The notes under the pieces: model-generated
The model's database searches: none
What the model was told of the DNA's origin: nothing
Seen by the model: only the letters and a program-made list of their open reading frames with translations
Part shown: one piece after another, positions 1 to 13,573 of the stretch
Numbering within the stretch: the first letter of the stretch is position 1
How the letters are laid out: each line of letters starts with the position of its first letter
Position numbers and translations under genes: made by a program
Source: Lama glama
Taxonomy: Eukaryota
DNA: 64,000 bases
Reading direction: 5' to 3'
Assembly: GCA_028534125.1 (NCBI GenBank)
Contig: CM052816.1
Location: 16,060,001 to 16,124,000, forward strand

Positions 1-639
1 AGCATTATACTATATACCAGAAATTGACACATTGTATACTGACTATATTTCAGTAAAAAAAAATATATATATATACACAAAAGAAAAAGTCAACCATACT
101 CTCATCATCCAATGTTTAACCATTTTTGACATTTGGTTTATATCCTTACAGTCTTTTTCCCTTACATATAAGTATATATTTTTCTTTGAAAATGTAGGAT
201 CATGCCATAATACTACTTGGTAATCTATCTTTCAAAATAAAGTATGTAAGGTGTATAACATAGTGATTTGATATATGTGAACACAGTGATATGATTATTA
301 CAGTCAAGAAAAGTAATATATCCATCTCTCACTTTTTCGTGTGTGGTGAGAGCACCTGAAAATTTTTGGTAATTTACTTTTAAAATAATATATGGTGAAT
401 CTGCCTGTGTCAATACATATTTCTCCCATATTTTAATGGCTACATAGTCTATCATATAAATGTACCCTACATAATTAACTATTCACATTTTAGGGGACAT
501 TTAAGTTGTTTCCAATTTTTACCATTAAAAATATTGCCAGAGTGGATATCATGTAGTTAATATTTGTACAACTCTAAGAAGGATTTTTTGAATAAATTCC
601 TATAAATGAAATTGCTATATCAAAGAGTAATCAAATTTT

Positions 640-1485
640 TGCATCTGTGTTCACAGGGATGGGGGTTTATAATTTTCTTTTCTTGAAATATCTTTGTCAA
701 GTTTTCATATCAAGGTTATTCTGGCTTCATGAAATAAATTGGAAAGAGTTCCCTCCTCTGTGTTCTGAAAGAGTTTGTGTAGATTTTTTTTTCCTTAAAT
801 AAATATTTGATAGAATTCACCAGTGAAGCCATCTGGCCCTGGAGTTTTCTTTGCAGAAAGAGTTTGATAATATATTCAATTTCCTTCATAAGTATGAGGC
901 TGTTTAGATTTTTATTTTTTCTTCTTGTGTCCATTGTGATAAGTTGTATTTTTCAAGGAATTTGTCTATTTCATTTATGTTGTCTAATTTATTAGAGTAA
1001 AGTTACTCATAATATCTTATTTTTCCTCTATCTGTAGCATCTATAATGGTATCCCTTTTTGTATGCCTGATGTTGATTATATGTGTTTTCTCCATTTTTT
1101 TCTTAATTAGTCTTGCTAGGGATTTATTAATTTTATTAATCTCTCCAAAGAACCAACTTTTGACCTTATATTTCCTCTATTGTTTGTCCACTTTCTATAT
1201 TATTGATTTCTACTCTTGTATTTATTATTTTCTTCTTTTTATTTTGGATATAATTTGTTCTTTTTCTAGATTCTTAAAGTAAGAGCTTAGATAACCAATT
1301 TTACACTTTTCATTTTTTCTGATATAAGGACTTTCTAATAAAGTATTTAAAGCATACTGTTTTTGCTGTATCTTACGATTTTGTTATGTTTTGTTTTCAT
1401 TTTCATTCAGTTTAAAGTAGTTTCTAATTCCCCTTGTGATATATTCTTTGACCAAGGGTTATTTCCAAATATTTTGGAATTTATA
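640..1485 (-). mobile_element. Old L1 (LINE-1) ORF2 fragment
   Basis: T-rich antisense L1 text such as 'tagaattcaccagtgaagccatctggccctggag' and 'aagaaccaacttttg'; many stops. Confidence 0.85.
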
Positions 1486-1489
1486 GGCC

Positions 1490-2465
1490 GTCGGGGAAAT
1501 GCAAATTAAAATCATAGTGAGATACCATTTCACACCCACTGGAATGGCAAAAATCAAAAACAGTGACAACAATACGTGGTGACAACAAAGTACAGCAACT
1601 GCAACTCTCATACATTGCAGGGAGAGTGTAAAATGGTACAACCAGTTTGGAGAACTGTTTGGTAATTTCTTATAAAATTAAACATACATCTACCATATGA
1701 TCCAGCAATTCTACTCTTAAGTACTTATTCAAGAAAAATGAAAATACATGTCCACAAAAAGACTTGTACACAAATGTTCATAGCAGCCTCATTCATATAT
1801 AGCCCAAAAGTGGAGACAGCCCAAATGTCCATCAATAGGAGACTGGGATAATAAATTATGACATAGTCATACATTGGAATTCCACAATAACAAAAAAAGG
1901 ATGAACTACTGATACATTCAGCCACATGGATGAATCTCAAAATCATTATGTTAAGCAAAAGAAGAAAGACACAAAAGAATATGAACAGTACAATTCCATT
2001 TATATGAAGTCCAGAAACAGACAAACTAATTTTTGGTGTTTGAAGTCAAAAAAGTGCTGTTGAGGAGGTGATTTGACAAGAAAGGAATAGAGAAAAAAAA
2101 AAAAAGAAGAAAAGAAAGGGATTGAGGAAATTTTCTAGGATAATGGAAATGTTCTATATATTGTTTTCTTTTTTAAATTTTGTATTGAAGTGTAGTTGAT
2201 TTACAATGTTCATTTCAGGTATATAGCAAAGTGAGTCAGTTATACACATACATGCATATATATACTTTCTTTTCAGATTCTTTTCCATTATATGTTATTA
2301 CAAGAAATTGAATATAGTTCCCTGTGCTATACAGTAGGTCCTTGTCTATATATTGTTTTGGGTGGAGGGTAGACAGATACATATATTAAATTGTCAAAAC
2401 TCACAGAACTGAACATTAAAGAACTGAGCATTTTATTATATGTAAATGTAATAAAATAATATTAA
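1490..2465 (+). mobile_element. Old L1 3' end, interrupted by a younger antisense L1 3' fragment (2168-2344)
   Basis: 'gaaatgcaaattaaaatcatagtgagataccatttcacaccc', 'ccatatgatccagcaatt'; the inner insertion is flanked by a 15-bp TSD tctatatattgtttt at 2153-2167 and 2345-2359. Confidence 0.88.
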
Positions 2466-3582
2466 AAATTTTAGGAGTAAGCAGAATTTTTAGATCTTCT
2501 TATACAATAGATTCTTCCTTGGGATGACTTTTCTTCCCACTCACCCTACGTAGATCTTAGAGCCCTCAGTTTATCTTCCATTGTTCTAGTGAAACTGTGA
2601 GCACACTGCATATTCTTTAAGCTTAATCTCTCCTTTTGATGGTTAACCCAATGCTACAAGCTTTATAGTGTTTAAAGTCTTCCCCTTGGCAAAGATGTTT
2701 TCAGAACTGATAGCAGTGATTAAATAATAAGGAGGACCCTCTCATTAATATAAATAGGCAGATGATTGCTGTGGGCTGAGTAGAGCACAGTGCAAATAAT
2801 CCTATTTTTGGATCTCAGCCACCCCGTTGGAGAGTTCATTGTGTCTTATTAGAAGAACTGAGTGAGGAGTATTAGGTAAAACAGGAATTGATTTTCTAGC
2901 TGAATCAGTATGATCCCTTTTTGTGATAGTTTCTAAGTTGTAGATTTAAAACAAAAGAATGTCCCCAAACATTCCAGACTCTTTAAGACAGTACCACCAT
3001 TAGAGGCTATTAGAGGTAAACTATTTCCTAGGAAAGTTAGGCTTTGTGAGTTTGAAGTAGCTCATTTTTTTCATGGTCAAAAATCAGACCAGTGGTTTAC
3101 CAAAAGAACTGTATTCAATTTTACATTCCTTTTGTACAGCCACTCTCTCGTTATATATGATTTAGAGTGTGTCCTGCCTACCAGCATTTACTATATTGTT
3201 GGAATCTGGCCCTATTGCTCATGTCCTACTTCATAAGAATTGCTAACTAAAGAAATGACACTAATTTTGCCACCTGACTCCTACAACACTTTTTTGTATC
3301 TGTTGGCAGCCTAGTTTTTGCCTAAAAATCATCCTTCAGGGGGCTTTCCTGACCAATCACCCCAACCTAGGTCAGGTGCCCTTAAAGTAGAGTCCTGACA
3401 TCACAAATTGATCACACTTTATTTTAGTTGTTGAACAACTGTCTCACTCAATAGACAGTCAGCTTCTGGAGAGCAGAGATGTTCCTCTTTTAATCCTCAG
3501 TGCCTGGCATATCAAAGACAGCTGTTGAATGAATTAATAAGTTACTGACTGAATAATGAGCAGCTCAAGAAAACCTTCTTTA

Positions 3583-3802
3583 GCAGACTCACAGATACAG
3601 AGAACAAACTAGTGGTTACCAGTGGGGAGTGCGGAGGGGCAGTATAGAGGTGGGAGAGTGGAAGGTACAAACTACTGGGTTTAAGATAGGCTCAGGGAAG
3701 TATCGTACAACATGGGGAAGATAGCCAATATTTTGTAGTAACTGTAAATGGAAAGTAACTTCTAAAAATTGTATTAAAATTATATAAATAAATATTAAAA
3801 AA
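3583..3802 (+). mobile_element. 5'-truncated L1 3' end
   Basis: 'cagactcacagatacagagaacaaactagtggttaccagtgggg', A-rich tail, degenerate TSD aagaaaa(c/t)ct(t/c)cttta. Confidence 0.8.
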
Positions 3803-4099
3803 AGAAAATCTCCTTTATACTCACAATTTGTTGGTTAAGACAGCAGATCCCTTAAAAACAAACAAAAACACTCCCTGGCATTCCAAGATTTTATGCACAG
3901 TACTATAGTTTACACCCAGTGTAGAGGGGTTCAAAATCTAGTAGAAAGGGAAAATACCAACTCTACTCTGCCCTTGGAGAAGATATCATTGTGCACATGC
4001 ATTCTTCCTCCTGGTGAAATAGTCCAAAAGGAGGAGATGGTTGTGAGCATCTGTGCTTCTTCCCCTACTGAGATTAGGGGTGCTGAGGTAGTGTGGGCC

Positions 4100-4330
4100 A
4101 GTGACACGGTAGTTTAGAACCAGGGCTTTGCAGTCAGTGGGTTCTAGCTCTCTTCTACTATTTACTTTTAGTGTGAAGTTTATGGAAGCTTACTTGACCT
4201 CTGGAAACTTGGTTATTCTCATCTGTAAAATGGGGATAATATTAGCATCTTCACAGGATTGTGAGATTGAATAGCAAAAGGTATATATAAAGTTCCTGGC
4301 CTGAAGGAAGTGCTTATCAAATATTAGCTA
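4100..4330 (+). mobile_element. MIR SINE
   Basis: MIR core 'ctcatctgtaaaatggggataatattagcatcttcacaggattgtgagattgaa'. Confidence 0.75.
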
Positions 4331-5130
4331 CGATGATGATTATTTTTCTGAGAAAAGCAGTATTATAAAAGACTGGTTCCAAGCAAACTTTTTCCCTTGA
4401 GAGAAGTCTACAAGTTCATTCCCTGTCAAGCTGAGATTGGTGCCCTGTTTCGGGTTCCCAGAGCCTTCAACCAATGCTGTTTCTGTGAACCTTGTGGCCA
4501 GGATGAGAGTGCATCAGCAAAGGGTGAATGGCTTCCTGCAGGATCAGCCTACACTTCATTGCCCCGGAGGGTCCAAGGACCTGAAGCCAAATGGGTGGCA
4601 GAGCAGCAGAGACAGCTGAGTAAAGTCCCTCTTTCTGAGGATTTGGTGGTTCTCACAATCTATAGGGTCCCAGCCCCTTCACTGCTAGGAAGGAGATAAG
4701 GATCCAGAATTCAAAGACAATGGCTTCAGAGGCAAATGAGATATACGGTATAACCCTATTAGTTTTCCAACAGTGTATAGAGACTACACAATATAGGTGA
4801 TGTGGGTGCTATAGGCAGAGAGTAACATCTGTATTTGGTTTCTGAGAGACGATTATGAAGGACTTTTGCTTTCTAAGCCATATATTTCTAAAATGTTGAC
4901 TGTTTTATACTGAGCATGTATTATTCTTATATAAAGAAAAAAAGGTTTTAAAGTTTTAAAATCTAATTAATGCGTAAGAGCAAAAAATTGGACACAGTCT
5001 AACAAGTCATCAATTGGGAGAGGTTAATTAGAGTACTGTAATTCATAGTACAGAATACTATGCTATCATGAAAAGAATGAGTTAGATCCATGTGTCCCAC
5101 TGTGGAAGAACTATCACAATATTGTTGAGG

Positions 5131-5317
5131 CAAAAGAAAGAAAGAGAGAGAGAGAGAGAGAGAAAGGAGAGAAAGAAAGAAAGAAAGAAAGAGAGGGAGG
5201 GAGGAAGGAAGGAAGGAAAGAAGAGAGAGAGAGGGAGAGAGGGAGGGAGGGAGGGAGGAAGGAAGGAAGGAAGAAAGAAGGAAAAAAGAAAGAAGGAACT
5301 AAAGAAGGAAAGAAAGA
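5131..5317. repeat. Purine-rich compound microsatellite (GA, GAAA, GGAA, GGGA)
   Basis: About 185 nt of almost pure A/G; explains the K/E/R/G-rich ORF 5092..5406. Confidence 0.95.
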
Positions 5318-6844
5318 ATCCTGAAATGTGGCTGATACAATTCCATTTTCATGGATTAAAATTAAAGTCTCAATATGTAAAAATTCATGGAGCTATTTAC
5401 ACTTGAGATATGCACAATCTATTCTAAGTAATACCCCAATAAAAGTGAGGGTTTTTTTTTAATCTTCATGAGACTCTAGTTGTGTGTCTATGTGTGTATG
5501 TGTTAGAATGTGCATGGAAAAAGATCTAAACAGATGAACACCAAATTTTTAACCTTGATGGTTACTTAGTTATCCTTGGGGAATTGTCTGAGGAACCCTG
5601 AGGGAAGGTACTTGCACTTTTCTCTTTAAATACTCCTCTCTGTTTACATTCTTAAATAATAAGCATGATTTGCTTTTGTTATTAAAAACAACAACAACAA
5701 ATAGAAAAAAAGTTTGTCTTCTATGGGGCTCTTTAAATCACTCCATTGATTTCAAGATCATTTTTGCTGCCTTCTCTCCCTTTCAGTGGGTAAGAGCATT
5801 CCAAAGGCTGCAGTCGAATTGTGCCTAGGTCAGATCATGATATTGCTGATTTTTTCTCTAGTTTACATGAGAGAAATCGAACTTTTGGTTGAAGACGACC
5901 TTGTTTAAAGGAGAAAGCAGACGAACTTTAACGCTATGTATGGTCTCATAACCTTTTAACACTGACACTGCTCTCAGGAAAAGAATTGGGATTTGGCGGT
6001 GAACATACTTTTCGAACATCTATTTTTACCGATGCCCTAGAAGCATTCCTTTGGAAAGGTTCTTGTTCCAGTAAAAGTTAGCCAATGGGAAACAGACACG
6101 GGGGACCTGAGAGGCGGCGCTGGTTTTGCAAATTGTCAGCCGCGACTGAGAAAGCAGCATCTACAGGCTGGCCCCTCCCTACAGCCTGCGGCTCCGTCCT
6201 GTCCCCGGTGTCGCCACGGGGGCAGCTGCAGCCTTCTCGCGGGGTGGGGCCGGAGACCAACAGGAATGGTGTCCTTCCTCTGCATCCAACCCCACGGACA
6301 ATTCAGGATCCACACAAATTTAGAGGGATGGGTGAGCCGGAAGGAGGTAGAATGATGAAAGAGATGAATACAAAATAGGACAGGGGAAAGGGGACATCAT
6401 AATAGGCTGGGGTAACCCAGATCCATCATTAGGGAATGGAAGAGGAGGTGCCTCACTAGCTTTACCTTCTCCCCTCAAATGAAATTTTCTTTTATTATTT
6501 TTGTCTGATTATAAAAGTAACATGTTGATTGTTAAATAACACAGAAACCTATAAAGCTGAAAATGAAAGTCCCCTTCCTTAATTCCACCTTCCCAGGAAT
6601 AACTACCATAATAAATGTTGCACGTCTGTCCAAACTTTTTAATGTAAATACTGTATATATAAATATACATATGGTATGACGTAGAGGTTAAGAATACAGA
6701 CTGATTTTGACAATCAACCTTTATCCTGGACATCAGTTTTCTCAAATATAAAATGAGGATAATAATAAATAATAGCAGATATTTAAATTTTTTACATAAG
6801 TGGACACATACTACATATGAGGTTCTATCAATATGCTATTTCAA

Positions 6845-7420
6845 ATTTATTTGCTATTTGAAATATTTATAGATTCATAGGGAGTAACAAAATAGTATAT
6901 AAAGTTCCAGGGTGTCCTTCATCCCATTTCTCCCAGTAGTTACATATGACATAATTATAGTACAATATCAAAACCAGGATGTTGGTACAATATGTGTATA
7001 CAGTTTAATAACATTTTATTACATGTGCCGATTCCTACAACCCCAATATCTCTAACCCCTGGCAATTAATAATCAACATCAGTTGATTGATAAACAACCC
7101 AAGTGCTCTTTCCACTTTTTGACAGTTGTGAATGATGCTGCTACGAACATTCACATGCAAGTCTTCGTGTGGACTTGTTTTCATTTCTCCTGGGTAGACA
7201 CCTAGGAGTAGAATTGCTGTGTCATACGAAAATTCTGTTTAACATTTTGAGAGACTGACAAACTGTTTTCCAAAGGAGCTGCACCATTTTACATTTCCAT
7301 CCCAAGGTATGAGGATTCCAATAACCCCATAGTTTCATCAACGCTTATTATCAGTTTTGTTTTTTTTAGGTAGCCATCCCAGTAGATATGAAGTAGTATC
7401 TCACTTTGGTTTTGATGTGG
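6845..7420 (-). mobile_element. Old L1 3'-region fragments
   Basis: 'gtgaatgatgctgctacgaacattc', 'cctaggagtagaattgctg', 'ctgttttccaaaggagctgcaccattttacatt'. Confidence 0.8.
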
Positions 7421-8980
7421 GACCATATTTATAATTCTGAGACAAATATATAAGAAATTATAATCCTATGGGATAAACCCTATAGCAACAGCAAAACAAT
7501 CATCATTTTTACTGATCCCTGACTTGGAACTTTTGTCTCATTTAATTCTCCTAACCACTCTATGGGGTGGATACTATTTTTATTTTGCAGATGAGAAAAC
7601 AGTTTTCTAGATGCGAAAACTGAGGTTTTGGTAGGGATAGGCACAGGCAGCTGCGTAGCACAAAGGAGGGGTCTTAATCTAGGCTGTGCGGTTCAGGGGA
7701 GGAGTCTTGGAGGGGACAGTCTTTCACTGAAAACCGAGTTATAGGTAGGACATAACCAGGCCTGGGTGAAGAGAGGCTGCATTTCCAGGCAGAGGAAAAG
7801 CAGGCACAAATGCTGTGAGTTGGGGGAATCAATTGTTGCCTCTCTTCCCTTTGCACCAGCATTCATGGTTCAAAAGTCCCAGAACAAGCGTCTGTTCTGT
7901 GCCAGCTCTTCCTGTTGTCCCCCATCTTGCAGACCTCATCTTGCCACTCATTTGCAGACCAGACCCTGCAACCAAACTGCCCTGTAAGTACTGCCAGGCT
8001 TTATGGTGGTTACCAGACACTACAAATTAAACACAAGAATCCTTGAGCAGCATTGGGGGAGACTCTAAATTAGGGTCATCCAGCCCCTCCTTGAAGGTGG
8101 GTGTCCAAGAGGCAGAACTGCCCACTGGATGGAGGCTCTGCCCATGGCCATTTGCTTTACTGAATAATATTGGATCAATGGCTTCCCCAGCTCTGAGCAT
8201 AGTTTCTTCATCTGGGGAAACTAATAGCACTGACCCAATAGGATTGTAGAATTTGGTGAGCTTCTGTACCAGACACCGGGCACCTAACCAGGTAGTTGTT
8301 ATTATTCTTATAGCTCTCCAACGGAAGGTTTCTAACCTGTCTCTAAGTAGCTCACTTGACGTTACAGTCAGTAAGTAAAAAAAAGTCCTTCTTGCAGTCT
8401 AATCTCAATCCCTTCTACTGCTGGTTCAGCTAATTCACCTGAGTTCTGTAATGAGGGGAGGTTATTTTTAAGACTCTCTGTAACTTGTTTTTTACCCCTA
8501 GTTCCAGGCACAATCTGTCAAACTCTGTAGGGGAGAGAAGGAGGCATGATGGGTGAGGGGTGTGTGCTCACGGTGGCACCACCCACTCTTTCTATGCCCA
8601 CACCTACATCTGAAGACCTAGATGCTCTCTGGTGGGTTGGGGAGAGGGGGAAGCATTCTCACCTGGCCCAGCTACTGTGTGTGGTTTTCTCTTAGTTCAG
8701 CCTGGGTCTTTAAACTTCTCCTGCCAAGGCCCCAGGGGGACTATTGACCCCTTCCAGAGAAGGAGGCGGTGGGCAATTGGGCCAAGTTTTGGCCCCTGCC
8801 CAGGGCTTAATAATCATCATAAAGGCCTTCTTGGTTAGTGAGACTTGGAACCTACTGAGGGGCTTTCACATTCCAGATTCTCTGGCCTCCTTTGATCCTT
8901 CAACCCACCCTGAGGGGATACCCAGGCCACCAGAGGTGGCCTAGGAATACATAACAAATGTCTCATGTCACTGAGCACTT

Positions 8981-9012
8981 ACACACACACACACAAACAC
9001 CCACACACACAC
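8981..9012. repeat. (CA)n microsatellite, interrupted
   Basis: Direct observation. Confidence 0.9.
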
Positions 9013-9763
9013 AGAGGACCATATATTTAGCATTTGATAATAATAATAGCTGGCATTAATTGAATGCTTAATACGTACCAAATCCCTCACAACCATTCTG
9101 AGAAGAAGATACTGTTACAGACAAGGAAAAGAAGGTGGAAGGTCCTCAACTGCTCAAAGTGATGACAACAAAAGGGCCAGGCTGGCACATAAAGTCCTGC
9201 CAGACTCTGACACCAGTACTCTCTACCCCTAGACCAGCTGCACTTCCCTCTACCTGTTCAGCCTCTCCGTCCTGCTGGTGCTTCAGCTTCCTGTGACCTG
9301 CCCTTACCAGGAATTTTTTCCAGGCCTCTCACTCACGTCCAGCCCATCCACTGATATTTTCAATACCCCCATTATCAATCATTGTCTCCCTCCAATTATT
9401 TAAACTCTCCTGGGGTCACAAATGGATTAACTGCCTAGTCCCTCCCTGTCCAGCCAACTCTCCAACCTTTCTGGGGCCAGTCAACCCACCTAAAGATCAA
9501 AGGTCACCAGGGCCTGGAAGGGGCTCTGTGGAAGTCTCCCTCATTTCAGGATCAGCTCCTAGAAAAGGTTAGGAGATGGCCAAGGCCTTCCAGGGTAATT
9601 AAGTCTGGATCCGACCCAAGCAGCCCACCCATCAGGGTTGAGGGTGGAGGAAAGCATAGTATCTTCAGAGCTCTTACTCTGCCAGATGCTAGCTCTATGG
9701 CCTTGGCCAAATCACTTATCTTCTTTGTGCCTCAATTTCCTTATCACAATTTGGGAATAAAGA

Positions 9764-9922
9764 GGGGGAGCATATAGCTCAATGATAGAGCACATGCTTA
9801 GCATGCATGAGGCCCTGGGTTCAATCCTCAGTACCTCCACTAAATAAATAAATAAATAAACCTAGTTACTCTCCTACCAATAAATATGTAAAAAATAAAT
9901 TTAAAAAAGTAAATAGAGGGCT
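9764..9922 (+). mobile_element. tRNA-derived SINE (camelid Vic-1-like) inserted in a MIR
   Basis: A box 'tagctcaatgatag', B box 'gggttcaatcc', (TAAA)n tail; 18-bp TSD acaa(t/a)ttgggaataaaga at 9746-9763 and 9923-9940. Confidence 0.9.
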
Positions 9923-10540
9923 ACAAATTGGGAATAAAGATGACACCTACTTCCTCGGGCTTTGGTGAGAAACAATTAGATAATGCACATAGATCATTCA
10001 ACACAATGCCTAAAATTAAATGCTGAGGAAGAGCAGAATGGTTCAGATCTTCAGTTTAGCACCACTAGCCTTAAATGGAGACAATCTTGTCCTCTAATCC
10101 CCTACTCCCCAGAAATAAATTTCCTTCCCATACTAAAGAATCCCTTGGGAGGCCTTAGGTGGTGGGGAACTGGAGCAGGATGCAAGGAAGCTGGAGTGGG
10201 GTTCCTAACTGGCCCAATGGCTGCTTAGCTGTTTTACGTCCCAGGGCTCCCTAGGAATAGCTGCAAACCCAGGCTGACTTCTCCTGCCCACCTCTCTTCA
10301 ATTCCCAGCAGCTTTATCTCATAACTTGCCTTCTAAAATCTGATGCTAAATAGGCCCATCTGTGTTTTGGCAATTTAGTCAAAAGTATGCTCCCTTTGAT
10401 CCAGCAAATCCATGTCTAGAAATGTGTCTTGAAATAACCAAGGAGCCTAGCAAGGACTTTGTTATAAGGATGGTCCTCTCAATCTTATTTATAAACAGAA
10501 ATAATCTCCAAGCCTAATGATCAAATGATAGGAGACTTGT

Positions 10541-10606
10541 CACGCGCTCGCATGCATGCACACGTTCGCGCACACACACAGACACACACACACACACACA
10601 CACACA
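10541..10606. repeat. Alternating purine-pyrimidine tract ending in (CA)n
   Basis: cacgcgctcgcatgcatgcacacgttcgcgcacacacacagacacaca... Confidence 0.9.
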
Positions 10607-13019
10607 CCCCTCTTCATCACAACAGTCTACAGCCATTACAAATTGTGCAGCAGGTTTTAGTGACAAAAGAAACGTTCAGAATATATTTTAACTTTTCATA
10701 TTCTTTAGGAAAATGATAAAACTTTTATCACATATTTCTTCTTGTTTATCAGTGTTTTCTAATTTATTTGCAAATGTGCATGTATTAATCCTGTAATGAA
10801 GGGAGAAAAGGCCATATCTGGCAAAACTTGGGTAGAGAGGGAGTTGATGCCTTTGACTGGCTTTATATTTATCCTCTGGATGGATTTCTGTCTCCCCATG
10901 TCCCAATAAATTCCAGAGTAAGAAGCTTCAGCAGATCTCAACATTTGAGTCAAAAGAAAAGCAATAGCAAGAAAGACGACCCAAGCACTTCTGTGGTCTC
11001 CTTTCTGATACTCTTTGGGTATCAGAAGTTGTGTCTTGGATGATCTGGAGAGGAAAGGACATGATCCTGGCAGCGCCAAGGCGGGGCTGGGAGTCCCTTT
11101 TCATTCTTTGATATGGATAATTGATGCTTTTATTCTTATGCAAACAGACCCCAAGACAAGTTTCCCAGGGACCCTCTTCCACCAAATGAGCTCCTTGGTG
11201 TTCTTGACACCCCAAGGGCCTGAGCTACATTCTCCAGCAGTTTCAGCCCCTCCCCCTGTCTCTCTCCCATTATCTTCCTGCCATTTCCCCTGCCCTCCTC
11301 CATTGTTCTCCGTTTAGGTGATGAACCCAGGTGATGTGTGAGCTGAGAAGGGAGCTCTTCTTGGCTCAGGGGCACTGGGAATGACAGCTACAGAGATAGA
11401 TAACAGGGGTAGTTCATATTTGTGAGGGAGACTACAGAAAGCTTTCAGGATGAGCTTGACACTAGACTTTTGCAATTTCAATAGCCTCTTGGGTAAATAG
11501 CATCAGGTAAATATTTTTTGATTACACCCTACATGTCATATGTAGCACTAAGTACTTTAACAGTATCATCTGATGCCAGTCTAGACCTCTAACCACTGCA
11601 CGGCATTACCTGCCCCCTAATTCACTTAATCCTCTCACAGCACTTGTCACATTTTGTCCTCATGGTTTATCCATCTCCCCCACTAGACTGTGAGTCCCAA
11701 GAGGGCAAGAATGACATTGCTCTATCTGCCTCATCTATCCTGCATTGCCCAGCCCAAGGTCTGGCACACGTATTAGTAACATACTGGGGAAGGATTGAGA
11801 TAGTTGGGAAGGGGTTTGACATTCTGTGCTGTCCTCCGTGGGTTGGCCCAGTTGAGTGGAGGCTTTGGATAGGATGACCTCGTTGGGGGACTGAAGGACA
11901 CGGGTCATAGGCATGGACATACCAGGTTATTTATAAGAGTCTCAATTCCCCACAGAAGCTTCCAGCTCAGACCCTCCATCAGCCTACATTGCTCCAGATC
12001 TGGCTGGCCTCATGCGTGCTTGCCTCTGGTTTTCAGGGTACCAGATGCCAATGGGTAGGTGATTAAGTGGTACCTATTCCCACAACTGGAAAAACTGCTC
12101 AAATGAGTGTGCAGTACCTGCCTCCAAGAATCTGTAAATCAATTCTGTTCAAAGACCTGACCTGATTCATGGGGAGGTAGTCTCCTCAGGGTCTGGGCTC
12201 CTGGTAGGGTAAGGAATGGGGGAAGCTCTTTTCCTCTCTCCTCCCTCATCCTCTTCTCTTCTAATATCCCAGTTCGATCACCACCTTGGCCACTTTTGTC
12301 CCTAAAACTAAGATCAGAGTGCTCAAACATATTTATAATCGTGACATATTGTTCTTTAGTTTTTCCATTTTGTTTCTAATAATGCCAGCTTTGGCATCTT
12401 AGAACCTCGGAATCATTGTTGGGGATGTGACAGGAAGGCTTTTGAGATGGGTCTCAAACGGTGAGAAGAGTTTCAGCAGGTAGGGAAAATGGGAAAAGGA
12501 TATTCAGGTCAAGGCACAGAGGAGTCTGTGATAAAGCCAAAAAGGATATGGGGAAGGAAGAGATCCGAAGTGATAGGAAATGAGACTGAAAGGGCCTTGC
12601 AGGCCAAGCTAAAGTTAGGACTGGATCATGAGGGCAGACAGAAGCCACTGAAGAGTTTGGGCCAGTGAGCATACTCCAGCAACACAAAGAAAAGTGTTAA
12701 AGAGCTGATATTTATTGCCCACTGGCTTTGTAATGAAATAGATTATTTCATTTAGTCCTACCAACAATCTTATGAGCTGGTATTATTCCCTTCTGATTTT
12801 AAGGGAAACTAGAGCATGAGAAGATTGTTTCCTCAAGTCATAGCTAGGAGTTGCTCCTGGAGTCTATTCCTTTAAATGTCATGCTATGGGGCCTGAGAGA
12901 GGGCAGGGGTCAGGAAAGGGTCCTGGAGATGGTTCAGAGACAGAACGGACCACCACATTCGATGAACACCTGGTTGTGGGTGTACGGGTGAAAGCCTTCT
13001 CAAGGATGATGCCCAGTTC

Positions 13020-13560
13020 TCTGATCTGCGCTCTTGGGAGAAGCGTGCAAAAACACAGACTTTGGGTAAAAGCGCGGAGATGGGAGCCAGAGCCAGCCAG
13101 CCAGGGGCCCCAGAGCTGACCGCGCACGCAGGTGGGTCCCAAGCGGCGCTATAGCAGGAACCGACGACGGCCCGGGGCGCCTTCCTGGTCCCTTCGGGGC
13201 GCTGAGACGGGCGGGGCCGAGGGAGATGCCCGTAGCAGTGCCATCTGGCGGAGGTCGGGCACTTAGCAACCAAGCCCCTTGAGGTGACCGCCCAGAGGCA
13301 AGCTGGGAATGGCGGCCGCTGGGGCGGGTCACCAAAGGGACGGAGGAAGGGTATGGACCCAACAGAGGGCTGGGCCTTTCGGGTGGTCTCTGTCTTACTG
13401 TGGACTCAGCATGCACCAGCGTGTGGGGTTGTCTCCTGACTCTGGGGTCTCTGACACTCAGTACCTTCCGCTCCCCACCTCCCCAACCCCGCCCCGCCTG
13501 TGTCCTCAGGCAACAGGCATGCCCACTATGGTCTGACCTCTCAGATTCCCTCGGATTCCA
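13020..13560. promoter_or_regulatory. Orphan CpG-rich element with a strong CTCF-type motif
   Basis: Local CpG cluster; minus-strand CCGCCAGATGGCACTGC at 13235-13251; GC boxes. Confidence 0.6.
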
Positions 13561-13573
13561 CACTGGATCCCTT

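Noticed and set aside
5092..5406. 104-aa K/E/R-rich ORF
   Set aside because: Translation of a purine microsatellite.
6208..6226. CTCF-like strings here and near 20822, 21665 and 26117
   Set aside because: Mismatches at core positions; too weak to call without PWM scoring.
9764..9840. tRNA genes (A and B boxes here and at 17657, 38073, 54869, 55773)
   Set aside because: They are SINE heads: diverged, followed by A-rich tails and flanked by TSDs.
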